From: Bifidobacterium breve
GTDB lineage: Bacteria; Actinomycetota; Actinomycetes; Nanopelagicales; Nanopelagicaceae
Reading direction: 5' to 3'
Assembly (NCBI GenBank): GCA_945863115.1
Contig: CAMAYZ010000004.1
Location: 30,171 to 94,170 of the forward strand
Length of the DNA stretch: 64,000 nucleotides
Shown here: positions 48,629 to 60,106 of the stretch, piece after piece
Layout: each line of letters starts with the position of its first letter
How positions within the stretch are numbered: the first letter of the stretch is position 1
Notes under the pieces: generated by a model
What the model was told of the DNA's origin: nothing
The model's input: the letters and a program-made list of their open reading frames with translations, nothing else
The model's database searches: none
Translations under genes and position numbers: made by a program

Positions 48629-49855
48629 ATGACGCACCAGCATCGTCCTTGGGGATATTCCAATTCAGCAGACGGAGATTTGCCTGATTGGCAGTTACAT
48701 GAAGAAACTCTTGCCGTTCGCGCTGGTTTAGCAAGATCTGGTTTCGGCGAAACTGGCGAAGCTATGTATCTGACAAGTGGATATACGTATGACACTGCAG
48801 AACAAGCAGTTCATTCATTTACAGATGAAGTCGATCACTTTGTTTACAGTCGTTTTGCAAATCCCACAGTTTCAATGTTCGAACAACGCCTTGCAGCAAT
48901 TGAAGGTGCTGAATACTGCGTTGCAACTGCATCCGGAATGTCAGCAATGTTTGCGTCAATCGCTTGTATGGTCGAAGCCGGTGATCGTGTTGTTGCTGCA
49001 GCTTCTATGTTTAGTTCTTGTTACGTAGTTCTCTCTGAGATTCTTCCTAAGTGGGGAATTAAAGTTGAATTTGTTAAAGGTAGCGATAAGAAAGTCTGGG
49101 AGAAAGCGCTGAGCGAGAAAACTAAAGTAGTTTTCATTGAGACACCAAGTAACCCAATGTTAGAAATAGTAGATTTGAAGATGGTTAGCGACTTGGCGCA
49201 TAACGTTGGCGCAACGGTAATTGTTGATAATGTCATGGCATCACCTATCTTGCAGAAGCCACTTCAACACGGCGCCGATGTAGTTATGTATTCTGCTACA
49301 AAACATATTGACGGCCAAGGACGAGTTCTTGGTGGCGCGATTCTTGGTGGTTTCGATTACATTCAAAATTATTTAAATCCATTCATTAGACACACTGGCC
49401 CAACGCTTAGTGCATTCAATGCTTGGGTTCTTGTTAAGTCACTCGAAACTCTTTCAATGCGAGTAAATAAAATGAATGAGAGTGCCCAGCAAATTGCAGA
49501 ATTTCTGGCAGAACAACCAAAGGTAACTTCTGTAAATTATCCGGGGCTAAAATCCCATAGTGGATTTGAAATTGCACAAAAACAGATGACTGGGGCCGGA
49601 ACCACTTTAAGTTTTGAAATAGCTGGCGGTGCTAAAGAACTTTTCAAAGTTATGGATGCGCTTAAAGTTATTGATATCTCCAATAACTTGGGTGACAGTA
49701 AATCACTTATTACCCACCCTGCTTCAACTACCCATCGCAGATTAGATCAAGCAACCCGTGAGTCAATGGGAATTACAGAATCGCTCGGCAGGTTATCTGT
49801 TGGTTTAGAACACTCTTCGGATTTGATTAAGGATTTACAACAAGCGCTGCGATAA
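48629..49855 (+). CDS. metZ: O-succinylhomoserine sulfhydrylase (Cys/Met PLP-dependent family)
   Basis: 408 aa of the cystathionine gamma-synthase family with a PLP lysine region (YSATKHIDGQGR) and a MetZ-like N-terminus. Confidence 0.85.
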   Translation: MTHQHRPWGYSNSADGDLPDWQLHEETLAVRAGLARSGFGETGEAMYLTSGYTYDTAEQAVHSFTDEVDHFVYSRFANPTVSMFEQRLAAIEGAEYCVATASGMSAMFASIACMVEAGDRVVAAASMFSSCYVVLSEILPKWGIKVEFVKGSDKKVWEKALSEKTKVVFIETPSNPMLEIVDLKMVSDLAHNVGATVIVDNVMASPILQKPLQHGADVVMYSATKHIDGQGRVLGGAILGGFDYIQNYLNPFIRHTGPTLSAFNAWVLVKSLETLSMRVNKMNESAQQIAEFLAEQPKVTSVNYPGLKSHSGFEIAQKQMTGAGTTLSFEIAGGAKELFKVMDALKVIDISNNLGDSKSLITHPASTTHRRLDQATRESMGITESLGRLSVGLEHSSDLIKDLQQALR

Positions 49856-50699
49856 CAAGTAGAAGTGAAAATACGCTTAGGTAAGTAATTGACCACTGAA
49901 ATAACTTTGCAGCCGCTTTATTAGAATCAGGGCCATCAATCTTTAGTAATTCAAGTCCGAAGCCGAGAGAAATTGCAACCGTAATTACCCAGCACCACCA
50001 TGGAAGATTTGCGCTCCAATTAACACCAAGTGAAGTTATAACCATTCCAATTGTGTGAAACCACATCTGCTTCTCTACAGATTTTATTGTGGCAACAACA
50101 GGCAGCATTGGAATTCCGGCGGCTGCATAATCATCTTTATATTTAATTGCTAGCGCCCAAAAATGCGGTGGCGTCCAGAAGAAAATTACAAGGAAGAAGA
50201 GCCAGGCAGTTAATGACAGTGAATTTGTTACTGCAGCCCAACCAATTAGAACTGGCATACATCCAGCAATACCGCCCCAAACAATGTTCTGTGAAGTCCG
50301 GCGTTTAAGCCCGATTGTGTATCCAAAAACATAAAACACAATCGCAGCTGCGGTAAGAACCGTCGCCCATAGCGTTGTGAAAACCGAGAAAATTACTAGG
50401 GAAATTACAGTTAACGCTGAAGCGAAAACAAATGCTTGGGTTTCACTTACTGCGCCACTAACGATTGGTCGTTTAGAAGTGCGTTCCATTAAGCGATCTG
50501 AATCAACTTCGATAATCATGTTGAATGCATTAGATGCACCCGCAGCAAGAGTTCCCCCGATTAAGGTAGCGATTGTTAGGCCAAGAGGTGGCACACCTTG
50601 AGCAGCAAGGAAAAGTGCGGGCAAAGTGGTAACTAAAAGCAGTTCGACTACTCGCAATTTCATCAGAGCGATATATGGCGAGATTTTTAGATTGCGCAC
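49827..50699 (-). CDS. ctaB: protoheme IX farnesyltransferase (heme O synthase)
   Basis: 290-aa UbiA-family membrane protein (NMIIEVDSDRLMERTSKRP, FFWTPPHFWALA). Confidence 0.9.
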   Translation of the reverse strand: MRNLKISPYIALMKLRVVELLLVTTLPALFLAAQGVPPLGLTIATLIGGTLAAGASNAFNMIIEVDSDRLMERTSKRPIVSGAVSETQAFVFASALTVISLVIFSVFTTLWATVLTAAAIVFYVFGYTIGLKRRTSQNIVWGGIAGCMPVLIGWAAVTNSLSLTAWLFFLVIFFWTPPHFWALAIKYKDDYAAAGIPMLPVVATIKSVEKQMWFHTIGMVITSLGVNWSANLPWWCWVITVAISLGFGLELLKIDGPDSNKAAAKLFQWSITYLSVFSLLLVIAALVVNP

Positions 50700-50703
50700 G
50701 AAC

Positions 50704-51834
50704 CTAGCCTACTGCCGCTGTTACAAGCGGTTTAGCGATAGTTGCTAACATCTTGTCAATTATATTTCGTGCTCGGTCCCGAGTATTTTCGGTTGGGGTC
50801 ACACGGCTTGCAATAACTGCAAACACATATTCACTTTCGCCAGCTTCAACATACCCAGCCAATGTTACGGAGGTATTTATCCAACCAGTTTTAGCTTTAA
50901 CTAAACCTTTTGCAGCTGAACCGTATTCCTGAAACCGCTTTTTTAGCGTTCCAGTTTTGCCAGAAGTTGGAAGCCCATCATAAACCGCTTGATACTGTGG
51001 TTCATTTCTAATCTTCAGCAATAGTTCAGCAATAGTTCGGGCAGAAACTCGGTTTTCTCGTGAGAGCCCACTGCCATCAAAGACTTTCAAGCCAGTTGAA
51101 TCAACGTCCAACAATCTCAAAGTTTCTTCGAAGGCTAGATTTAAACTTAAATCATCGCGCGAATAGCCCATTTTTACAGCAGCATTCCTGGCTAAGCGAT
51201 CAGCCAAAACGTTATCACTCCATAGAAGCGTGAAGTTTAAGATTTTACTCAATGAGGGTGAAGTTATTCTTGAAATCTCTGTTGGTTCTTGATCGGGGAT
51301 CGCTGCTGGCTTAGAAATTCTCTCAAACTTTATTTTGTTATCGTAATAAGTTCTGAGGCTCTTTATATCAGCGTCAAACATCCCATAAAACTTGATTTTC
51401 AATCCAGAATAATCCCCACGAAAATTAATAACTTCATTAATAAGTTTTGTCGAACGTGCTCGCTTTAAATCTTTTGCATCTTGAGCACTTGTGGTTAGCC
51501 AAGGGTCACGCTCTCCTTGCAAGATGAAAACATCAGGATTATCAGTTGAATTAATTGTTGTAGTAAATACTTTATCTGGCCCGAAAGCCGTGATTGCTGC
51601 AGTCGCTGAAATAAGTTTGAGGACTGAAGCCGGAGCCCGTGGCACATCTGCTAAATTTGAATAGATTTCAGTCTGTGTTGCTGGATCAAAAACAATTATT
51701 CCTGGTTTTGCAAGAGTGGGTGAAGTCGCAAGTTTTTTAAATGAACTAGGGACAGTAAGCGCATTTGCATTTGGTGCTGATGATGCCAATAGGCTAATAA
51801 TTGATGCAACTGAAATTATTTTTCGTAGAAACAA
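50704..51834 (-). CDS. dacB: D-alanyl-D-alanine carboxypeptidase/endopeptidase (PBP4, S13 family)
   Basis: SxxK (SVLK), SDN (WSDN) and KTG motifs. Start set to TTG 51834, immediately after the upstream gene stop, giving a signal peptide (FLRKIISVASIISLLASSAPNANA). The longer track ORF overlaps the EamA gene. Confidence 0.8.
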   Translation of the reverse strand: MFLRKIISVASIISLLASSAPNANALTVPSSFKKLATSPTLAKPGIIVFDPATQTEIYSNLADVPRAPASVLKLISATAAITAFGPDKVFTTTINSTDNPDVFILQGERDPWLTTSAQDAKDLKRARSTKLINEVINFRGDYSGLKIKFYGMFDADIKSLRTYYDNKIKFERISKPAAIPDQEPTEISRITSPSLSKILNFTLLWSDNVLADRLARNAAVKMGYSRDDLSLNLAFEETLRLLDVDSTGLKVFDGSGLSRENRVSARTIAELLLKIRNEPQYQAVYDGLPTSGKTGTLKKRFQEYGSAAKGLVKAKTGWINTSVTLAGYVEAGESEYVFAVIASRVTPTENTRDRARNIIDKMLATIAKPLVTAAVG

Positions 51835-51835
51835 T

Positions 51836-52726
51836 TTAGATTGCCACTTTCTTGCTAAATCTGCCCTGGGAAATTGCCGCTCCAAGAATAACAATCGCAC
51901 CACCAACTGGCTCGTGCCAGGTGATGTCCTCACTAAGGAAAATCCATCCGATAAACACTGCAACAACTGGAGTTAAGTAAGTAACAGAACTTGCAACTGA
52001 ACTTCCCGCACGTTCTACTATTTGGAAATTCCAGATATATGCAACTCCACTGCCAAGGATTCCAAGGGCCATCATCGCGAGGACCGGGCCGAAACGATAT
52101 TCATTCTTGGAGATGCCATCCAATAAATAGAATGGCAGAAGAGTTATGGCGCCAGCTGTGACTTGGCTTGCTGCTAGTGCTTCCGCTTTTAAATTCAGCG
52201 GGGTTAAATACTTTTTGATTATTGGGTAGGCAAGTCCATAACAAGTAATAGCCGCAAAGAGTGCGAGCACACCACCGCCTGAGCCTGACCCAATTCCATT
52301 CCAAATTCCGAGAACAACAATTACACCGATTCCGCCGATGACTAATCCAAGGATTTGTTCTTTTTGTATTTTCTCTGATCTAAAGAAAATAAAGATGAAG
52401 ACTAAGGTTGCCAATGGCGTAAAGGCATTGATAATTCCAGCTAGAACTGTTGTAACTTGTTGCTGGGCATACGCAAATAAAAATCCAGGAAAAACATTTA
52501 GAAGCAGCGAAACAACCCAGAGAATGAACCAAGTTTTTGGATCAGTTGGAAGTTTTATGCCACGAATTTTTACAATGAGCAGCAAAATCATCGCGCCAAG
52601 GGCGCATCTTCCAAATGCAACGCCAACCGGATTTAAGAATTCGAGCCCTAATTTGATAAATACAAAGGAAGATCCCCAAACTAAGCCAAGTAGTAAATAA
52701 ATAGGGAGCCAGGATTTTTGCTTCAT
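51836..52726 (-). CDS. EamA/DMT-family transporter
   Basis: Ten-helix protein with two EamA repeats. Start moved to ATG 52726 (MKQKSWLPIYLL...), preceded by GGGGGAG. Confidence 0.8.
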   Translation of the reverse strand: MKQKSWLPIYLLLGLVWGSSFVFIKLGLEFLNPVGVAFGRCALGAMILLLIVKIRGIKLPTDPKTWFILWVVSLLLNVFPGFLFAYAQQQVTTVLAGIINAFTPLATLVFIFIFFRSEKIQKEQILGLVIGGIGVIVVLGIWNGIGSGSGGGVLALFAAITCYGLAYPIIKKYLTPLNLKAEALAASQVTAGAITLLPFYLLDGISKNEYRFGPVLAMMALGILGSGVAYIWNFQIVERAGSSVASSVTYLTPVVAVFIGWIFLSEDITWHEPVGGAIVILGAAISQGRFSKKVAI

Positions 52727-52738
52727 GCAAACTCCCCC

Positions 52739-52744
52739 TAATGT
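52739..52744 (+). promoter_or_regulatory. candidate -10 hexamer TAATGT, 6 nt upstream of ATG 52751 (TrmH-family gene)
   Basis: TANNNT at -12..-7. Confidence 0.4.
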
Positions 52745-52750
52745 TTGGGT

Positions 52751-53386
52751 ATGACAACGGCTGAAATTGGACCTGGGGAATTCTATCCAGTGGTTGGTGT
52801 TGGCCCACATCCAAAACCATGGCCTGAAGCAAATCATTTTGATCCAGAGCTTCTTGCAAACGGAGACCGTAGAAATGTTTTGGATCATTACCGATATTGG
52901 AGTGTTGAAGCAATAGTTGCGGATTTAGACACGAAGCGACATGAATTACAGATTGCAATAGAGAATTGGCAACATGATTTAAATATTGGTTCCGTCGTTC
53001 GCACTGCTAATGCATTTAATGTGTCGAAGGTGCACATCGTCGGAAAACGCGATTGGAATAAGCGTGGGGCAATGGTTACCGATAAATATCTCCATGTATT
53101 GCATCATCCAACGGTTCAAGATTTCAAGAACTGGTGTGCGCAAAACGGCGTTCCAATAATTGGAATTGATAACTTGCCAATTTCTAAAGAGTTAGAAACT
53201 ACAAAATTGCCAGAGAAGTGTGTCCTGTTCTTCGGGCAAGAAGGTGCTGGAATGTCAGATGAGGCTGTTGATATTTGTGAAACAGTTCTTGCAATCAGAC
53301 AATACGGTTCAACCAGATCAATGAATGCATCTGCTGCTGGTGCTATTGCGATGTATGCCTGGGCAATGCAGCACCTAAATAACTAG
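52751..53386 (+). CDS. TrmH/SpoU-family RNA 2'-O-methyltransferase
   Basis: SPOUT motifs (NIGSVVRTANAF, FFGQEGAGMS, STRSMNASAAGAIAMY). ATG 52751 preferred over TTG 52745 because of the -10-like hexamer position. Confidence 0.8.
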   Translation: MTTAEIGPGEFYPVVGVGPHPKPWPEANHFDPELLANGDRRNVLDHYRYWSVEAIVADLDTKRHELQIAIENWQHDLNIGSVVRTANAFNVSKVHIVGKRDWNKRGAMVTDKYLHVLHHPTVQDFKNWCAQNGVPIIGIDNLPISKELETTKLPEKCVLFFGQEGAGMSDEAVDICETVLAIRQYGSTRSMNASAAGAIAMYAWAMQHLNN

Positions 53387-54315
53387 TCTTCTTTTACTAC
53401 GTCTTCAACCGCTTTAATGCGCCGGCGAATCTCTTCGGCTTCGTCTTCTCTACCTAATGATTGCAGGACATCTGCCATCCGGTTCTCGATCTCTAGAATA
53501 AATTCAAAGTCCCTATTTTCATTGTCTGTAGCAATTTCTAAAACTCGATCTAAGGTGTTTAATCCATCTTCACCAAGTCCCGCAACAATTTGTGCTTTTC
53601 CTAATTCCAATAGTGAATAAGTCTCACGATAGTGATCATGGGCCGTCACAAAAACATCTAAAGATTTTTGCGCTGCAATCAATGCTCCTTCGCCATCACC
53701 AATTTCTGTTAAGCAATGCGCAATTTTTTGATCGCATCTTCCAACATTAATAACTTCTTTTAACTTCTTAAATAATTCGCGGGCTTCTCTAAATGATTCA
53801 AGAGCTTGCTCATAGTTCTTTAACTCTCGTTGCGCGCACCCGATTAAATGTAAATCATTTGCTGCGCCGCTATCATTTCCATCAACTAAATGCTCTTGAA
53901 CACAATCAGACATGCATTCAATTGTCTTTTCATATTCTTTCGAGGAGAACCACCATTCACCAAGGGTGCAGGCTAAATCAATTGCTAACGGAGATTTTGA
54001 TTCGCGAAGTAAAGCAACCGCTTTGCTCATTGCATTTGCAGCCTCATTCATTCGCTTCAACTGATTTAAGTTATATCCAATAGCTGAATAAGCCTGAGCT
54101 AAACCATCAGTAGGAACAACAGAACCAAGTTCGGCATAAATATCTCGCGCAGTTTCAGCAAGGGCGAGCGCTTCGTCATATTGCCCACGTGCATAAATTC
54201 GAGCACTTAACTCGTAATAAGTATTAGCACGATCTAGACCTTGGGTTTCAGGAATCCGCTCCCAGAGCATCTCTTCGGTGACGATATCGTCCGTTGAATC
54301 CTCGTCCTCACTCAT
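53383..54315 (-). CDS. tetratricopeptide-repeat protein, acidic
   Basis: Repeated Ax(4)Yx(6)GxYxxA-type TPR helices throughout. Start set to ATG 54315 (MSEDEDSTDD...) rather than the upstream GTG. Confidence 0.7.
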   Translation of the reverse strand: MSEDEDSTDDIVTEEMLWERIPETQGLDRANTYYELSARIYARGQYDEALALAETARDIYAELGSVVPTDGLAQAYSAIGYNLNQLKRMNEAANAMSKAVALLRESKSPLAIDLACTLGEWWFSSKEYEKTIECMSDCVQEHLVDGNDSGAANDLHLIGCAQRELKNYEQALESFREARELFKKLKEVINVGRCDQKIAHCLTEIGDGEGALIAAQKSLDVFVTAHDHYRETYSLLELGKAQIVAGLGEDGLNTLDRVLEIATDNENRDFEFILEIENRMADVLQSLGREDEAEEIRRRIKAVEDVVKED

Positions 54316-54322
54316 GGCAATG

Positions 54323-54328
54323 ACTCTA
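54323..54328 (-). promoter_or_regulatory. candidate -10 hexamer TAGAGT, 7 nt upstream of ATG 54315 (TPR protein)
   Basis: TANNNT at -13..-8. Confidence 0.4.
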
Positions 54329-54365
54329 GCAATACCTATCGCCTGGCGCACCGGCAGGGGTATAG

Positions 54366-55805
<1,440 letters not shown>

Positions 55806-57218
55806 TTAGGCTTCTTGCTCTTGTCTTTTAATATTTTTTCTAGATAACAAGATATGTCCGAAGAAGCCAATCGCCAGCGCAAGAATTACACCGATATTTG
55901 AATATGCCCACTGGCCATCTTTCCCGCCAATTAGCCCCATGAAATATCCTTGCCATGAAAGCCAGCTAGCAAATGTGTTGGTAACAAAGCCCCAACCAAC
56001 TAAAGCACCGACTGCGACTAATGAAAGTGAACGCAGATTCCATGCACCATAAATTCCTTTTGGATTAAATAGATCTTCTTCTTTATAGTCCTGCTTACGC
56101 ATAAAAACATCCGCAACAAAAATTGCAGACCAAACAGCGATTGGCACTCCTAGCGTTATAAGAAAACCCTGGAACGGCCCAAAGAAATCTCCAGCAATCC
56201 AAACAATATAAATTGTTCCAAGCGCCATGATTACAGCATCGATAGATGCGGCAACATGTCTCTTCACTGGCAGACCAACAGAAATTAGTGCAAGCCCAGA
56301 TGAATATAGGTCAAGAATTGCTCCACCGATAAGCCCAAGAATTGCTACTGCTGCAAAGGGAATTAAATACCAAGTCGGAACAAGTGTTGTAAGTGCGCCG
56401 ATTGGATCCATTCCAATTTTTTCGCCAAGGTCTTTGCTGCTGCCGGCCAACATTGATCCGTAAATTACTAAGGTAATTGGAACAATCGAAGCTCCAAAAA
56501 CTGTCCAGCCAACTACGCCTTTGCTGGAAACCGTGCGCGGTAAATATCTTGAATAGTCCGCTGCGCAATTGACCCAGCCCAGCCCGATTCCAGTAATTGC
56601 GAATATAAGTGCGCCCAAAAAAGCTTGGATACTGCCATTGGGAATTGCAGATACTGAATCCCAGTTAACTAGGTGCGCTGTCAAAGCAATGTAGCCAGCA
56701 GTTAAGGCGATAGTTGAAATAGTTAAAACTTTTTGAATGCGCATAATGACTTTAAAGCCAAGAACTCCACCAAAAACAGTTAGGCCTGCTGCAAGAGAAA
56801 ATCCTATGATTCGAGAGACATTTGGTTCGATACCGCCAACTCGAGTAAGAACGGTTTCGGTTGCAAGTGTTGCAAGTGCAACTAAGACGGTTTCCCAACC
56901 AACAAAGATCAAATATGAGAATAGGCCAGGAACAATATTTCCTTTAACGCCAAAGGCGGCACGTGAAAGCGTCATTGTTGGAGCATTTGCGCGCTTTCCA
57001 GCCAGCGAACTTATTCCAACTAAAAAGAAGGAAGCGATAGTTCCAATAATTGCTGCAAATGTTGCCTGCCAAAAAGATATTCCAAAACCAAGGAAGAATG
57101 AGCCGTATGAAAGTGCGAGTAGCGAAACATTTGCTGCAGCCCATGGCCAGAATAATGAGCGCGCTGATCCACTTCGTTCATTTTGTGCGATGAAATTAGT
57201 GCCATTCATTTCTAACAT
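55806..57218 (-). CDS. NCS1-family purine/cytosine(-like) permease
   Basis: 470-aa twelve-helix protein with a CodB/NCS1-like pattern. Substrate not assignable from the sequence alone. Confidence 0.8.
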   Translation of the reverse strand: MLEMNGTNFIAQNERSGSARSLFWPWAAANVSLLALSYGSFFLGFGISFWQATFAAIIGTIASFFLVGISSLAGKRANAPTMTLSRAAFGVKGNIVPGLFSYLIFVGWETVLVALATLATETVLTRVGGIEPNVSRIIGFSLAAGLTVFGGVLGFKVIMRIQKVLTISTIALTAGYIALTAHLVNWDSVSAIPNGSIQAFLGALIFAITGIGLGWVNCAADYSRYLPRTVSSKGVVGWTVFGASIVPITLVIYGSMLAGSSKDLGEKIGMDPIGALTTLVPTWYLIPFAAVAILGLIGGAILDLYSSGLALISVGLPVKRHVAASIDAVIMALGTIYIVWIAGDFFGPFQGFLITLGVPIAVWSAIFVADVFMRKQDYKEEDLFNPKGIYGAWNLRSLSLVAVGALVGWGFVTNTFASWLSWQGYFMGLIGGKDGQWAYSNIGVILALAIGFFGHILLSRKNIKRQEQEA

Positions 57219-57225
57219 GGGGCTA

Positions 57226-57231
57226 AGAGTA
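57226..57231 (-). promoter_or_regulatory. candidate -10 hexamer TACTCT, 7 nt upstream of ATG 57218 (NCS1 permease)
   Basis: TANNNT at -13..-8. Confidence 0.4.
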
Positions 57232-57242
57232 GAGGTAATAGA

Positions 57243-57248
57243 TAAGAT
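57243..57248 (+). promoter_or_regulatory. candidate -10 hexamer TAAGAT, 6 nt upstream of ATG 57255 (MFS transporter)
   Basis: TANNNT at -12..-7 within a 36-nt divergent spacer. Confidence 0.45.
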
Positions 57249-57254
57249 TGGCAG

Positions 57255-58415
57255 ATGTTTGCGAAAGATGAATTCCTAAAAGCTAGACTTGCAATCTTAA
57301 TTGCATTCCTTATCAACGGATTCTCAGTTGGAAACTTCGTCTCTAGAATTCCAGACTATAAGTATGAACTCGACATTTCTAATGGGGTTCTCGGTGCCGC
57401 GCTTTTCTGTGCATCAATTGGTGTCCTTGCAGCTCTTCGACCAACTAGTAGAGCAGCCGCCAAATATGGCAGTGGCCCGGTAGTGAAATATTCTGCTTTT
57501 ACACTTGGTATGGCGGTTCCATTTGTTGGGTTGCTTTTCAATCTGCCTTGGTTTCTCTTCTCACTATTTATATATGGTGTTCTCTCCTCAATCCACGATC
57601 TTTCAATTAATGCACATGCGGCTGCCTTAGAAAATAGAGCCGGAAAGCGAGTGATGAGCACATTTCATGCGATGTGGTCGATTGGTGGTTTAACAGGTGG
57701 CGCAATTGGTGGATTGCTAGCGAGTTTAAATGTTTCAATTCTTTTCCATGCCATAGGTGTTGGAATTTTCATAGTTCTAGCCGCATTCACTACCCGTAAT
57801 TGGTTCTTACCTGCAGATGCAGATCAACATGTAATCGAGAAGCATAAGAAACGAAGAACTCCGCGCAAATTCATAATCTTAGGTTTACTTGGACTTTGCG
57901 GTGCACTTGGTGAAGGAGCAGCAAGTGATTGGGGTGGTGTTTTAGCACGCGACACTTTTGAAGCATCAGGTCTAATGTCTGCTCTTCCATATGTTTTCTT
58001 CTCGGCAACGATGGTCATCGGAAGATTATCTGGAGATTTTCTTGCACATAAATTCGGTGTCGTGAAACTTCTTACCTGGTCCGGATTTATTGCAGGAATT
58101 GGATTAACCGCAGGATTATTCGCAGGAAACATCTATGGTGTAATTATTGGGTGGTTTATATTTGGTATCGGGATTTCAACTGTAATTCCTCTGATGATCA
58201 GCGCAACTGGAACTCTGGCTAATGAGAAATATTCGGGTCAGGTATCTGCGGCCGAAGGTGTGGCACTTGTAACTGGTGTCGCATACTTTGGCTTCGTGGT
58301 TGGCCCACCACTAATTGGTTTCATCTCAGAAATTATTACCTTGCGCTGGGCGATGCTTCTGCCAGCTGTATTGGCAATAATTTTTGGATTAAGTGCAAAA
58401 AAAGTATTGTCATAG
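57255..58415 (+). CDS. MFS transporter
   Basis: 386-aa twelve-helix protein with a basic central loop (KHKKRRTPRK). Confidence 0.8.
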   Translation: MFAKDEFLKARLAILIAFLINGFSVGNFVSRIPDYKYELDISNGVLGAALFCASIGVLAALRPTSRAAAKYGSGPVVKYSAFTLGMAVPFVGLLFNLPWFLFSLFIYGVLSSIHDLSINAHAAALENRAGKRVMSTFHAMWSIGGLTGGAIGGLLASLNVSILFHAIGVGIFIVLAAFTTRNWFLPADADQHVIEKHKKRRTPRKFIILGLLGLCGALGEGAASDWGGVLARDTFEASGLMSALPYVFFSATMVIGRLSGDFLAHKFGVVKLLTWSGFIAGIGLTAGLFAGNIYGVIIGWFIFGIGISTVIPLMISATGTLANEKYSGQVSAAEGVALVTGVAYFGFVVGPPLIGFISEIITLRWAMLLPAVLAIIFGLSAKKVLS

Positions 58416-58428
58416 TAAATTGCACTCC

Positions 58429-59454
58429 ATGATTACTCCTCAGAAACTTGCATCCAATCAATTTGATCACTTCTACAAGGGCGGATACCGCATTGGTGCA
58501 CTTCGCAATGGCCCAGGTGGACCAATGCGACCTGAAGAGTGGATTGGTTCAATGACAACTCGCTTTGGCGAGAAGACCATGGGGCTCTCAACACTCATTG
58601 ACGGAAGTTATCTGCGAGATTCAGTTATCGCGAATCCAGAACAATGGCTTGGCGCTGAACATTTAAATACCTTTGGTGCAAGCACAGAATTATTAATGAA
58701 GTTACTTGATCCAGATCAAAGACTTCCAGTTCATTATCATCCAAATCGTAAGTTTGCTAAAGAACACTTATCTTTAAAGCATGGAAAGACCGAAGCTTGG
58801 ATTATCTTGGAAGCGCCAGCAGGAGCAAGTGTTGGTTTAGGTTTTGGTAAAGAGATGTCGAAGCCGGATGTTTCAAAGATGGTTGACGCCAGAGATTCAG
58901 ATGGCTTACTAGCTTCGCTTCAGAAGTTTGAAGTTAAAGCTGGTGACACAGTTTTCGTTCCAGCAGGAACGCCACATGCAATTGGCGCCGGAATATTTGT
59001 TCTTGAACTTCAAGAACCAACAGATCTTTCTGCGTTATTGGAATGGAATGACTTTGCCGTTGACGGTGTGAAAGATGGCCATCTTGGATTAGGTTTTGAC
59101 ACAGTTCTAGATGCACTTCGTTACACACCAATTGAAAAAGCTGAAGCTGAAAAATTGGTCTTCTCTAATCGACTATTTAGTAATTCCGATCAATCAGTAT
59201 TTACTGCTGTTGCAGATCCTTATTTCCGTGCAGATTATCTAGCTGGAAATAACAGCAAAGTTGCTGCTGGTTTCGGCATCATGTTGGTCCTAGAAGGTAA
59301 TGGAAATATTGCTTTCGAAAACCATTCACCAATTTCTGCAGTTAAAGGTGATGCAATCCTGATTCCACATAGCGCTGGAACTTGGACTCTCACCGGTGCA
59401 AGTGGTGTTGTTAGTCGCCCACCACTAGCAAAAGATGCCCCGCTAGCTATTTAA
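58429..59454 (+). CDS. manA: class I mannose-6-phosphate isomerase
   Basis: Cupin metal-site motifs (LPVHYHPN, KTEAWIIL, VPAGTPHAIG). Start moved to ATG 58429, downstream of the MFS stop. Confidence 0.8.
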   Translation: MITPQKLASNQFDHFYKGGYRIGALRNGPGGPMRPEEWIGSMTTRFGEKTMGLSTLIDGSYLRDSVIANPEQWLGAEHLNTFGASTELLMKLLDPDQRLPVHYHPNRKFAKEHLSLKHGKTEAWIILEAPAGASVGLGFGKEMSKPDVSKMVDARDSDGLLASLQKFEVKAGDTVFVPAGTPHAIGAGIFVLELQEPTDLSALLEWNDFAVDGVKDGHLGLGFDTVLDALRYTPIEKAEAEKLVFSNRLFSNSDQSVFTAVADPYFRADYLAGNNSKVAAGFGIMLVLEGNGNIAFENHSPISAVKGDAILIPHSAGTWTLTGASGVVSRPPLAKDAPLAI

Positions 59455-60106
59455 CTTCTGCGGTCTCTACGGTTGGAAGACTTTCCAGAGCATTTGCCAT
59501 CATTGGTGGACAGGGCTCGCCAGGCGCAATAACTGGCTCAAAATGCCACCATTCATTTAGATAAACCCGGCATAAACCAAAGCTTGAACCATTCTCTTCT
59601 AACCATTTAACCGCCTTGCGATCACCTGGGTAGTTCACATCTATTGCAATTCCCCACGGGTGATGCGAAATATCTTTTGGTAAAACCCATTTCGAAGCTT
59701 CTTTTTCACTTCCATATTTCTTTACTGCATCATTAAATAATCTTTCTTGTAATTGTTGGGAACGAAATCCAGAAGTTATGCGGATATTAAATCCGGCAAG
59801 CTTTGCGGCTGCCTGCGCTGCCAAAAATCTAACTTCAAAAGTTCGATCTAGTTGAGTTGGTCTAACTTCGGAGTGAATTATTGGTGATATGCCTAGAGAT
59901 TCTTCAGGTGCCATGCATCCTTGTTCAGTATCACTTGTTCGTAGTTCATCGCTTTCGACGTTAAAGCATAAAAGCGGCTTAACAACTTTTGGAGCAGATG
60001 TAATCTGACCTACACCTGTATTAGTTGTAGATAAGACAATGACTGCACATGCCAGTAGAAAATATCCAGATGCGTAGAAATAAAAATCTGAAGTTTGCTT
60101 ATCCAT
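59447..60106 (-). CDS. M15 (VanY-like) D-alanyl-D-alanine carboxypeptidase family protein
   Basis: N-terminal TM anchor. Zn-ligand regions SGFRS, HHPWGIAIDV and EWWHFE. Confidence 0.75.
   Translation of the reverse strand: MDKQTSDFYFYASGYFLLACAVIVLSTTNTGVGQITSAPKVVKPLLCFNVESDELRTSDTEQGCMAPEESLGISPIIHSEVRPTQLDRTFEVRFLAAQAAAKLAGFNIRITSGFRSQQLQERLFNDAVKKYGSEKEASKWVLPKDISHHPWGIAIDVNYPGDRKAVKWLEENGSSFGLCRVYLNEWWHFEPVIAPGEPCPPMMANALESLPTVETAEVK

Noticed and set aside
56737-57279. 180-aa plus-strand ORF
   Set aside because: It is antisense to the NCS1 permease and would also run through the putative MFS promoter.
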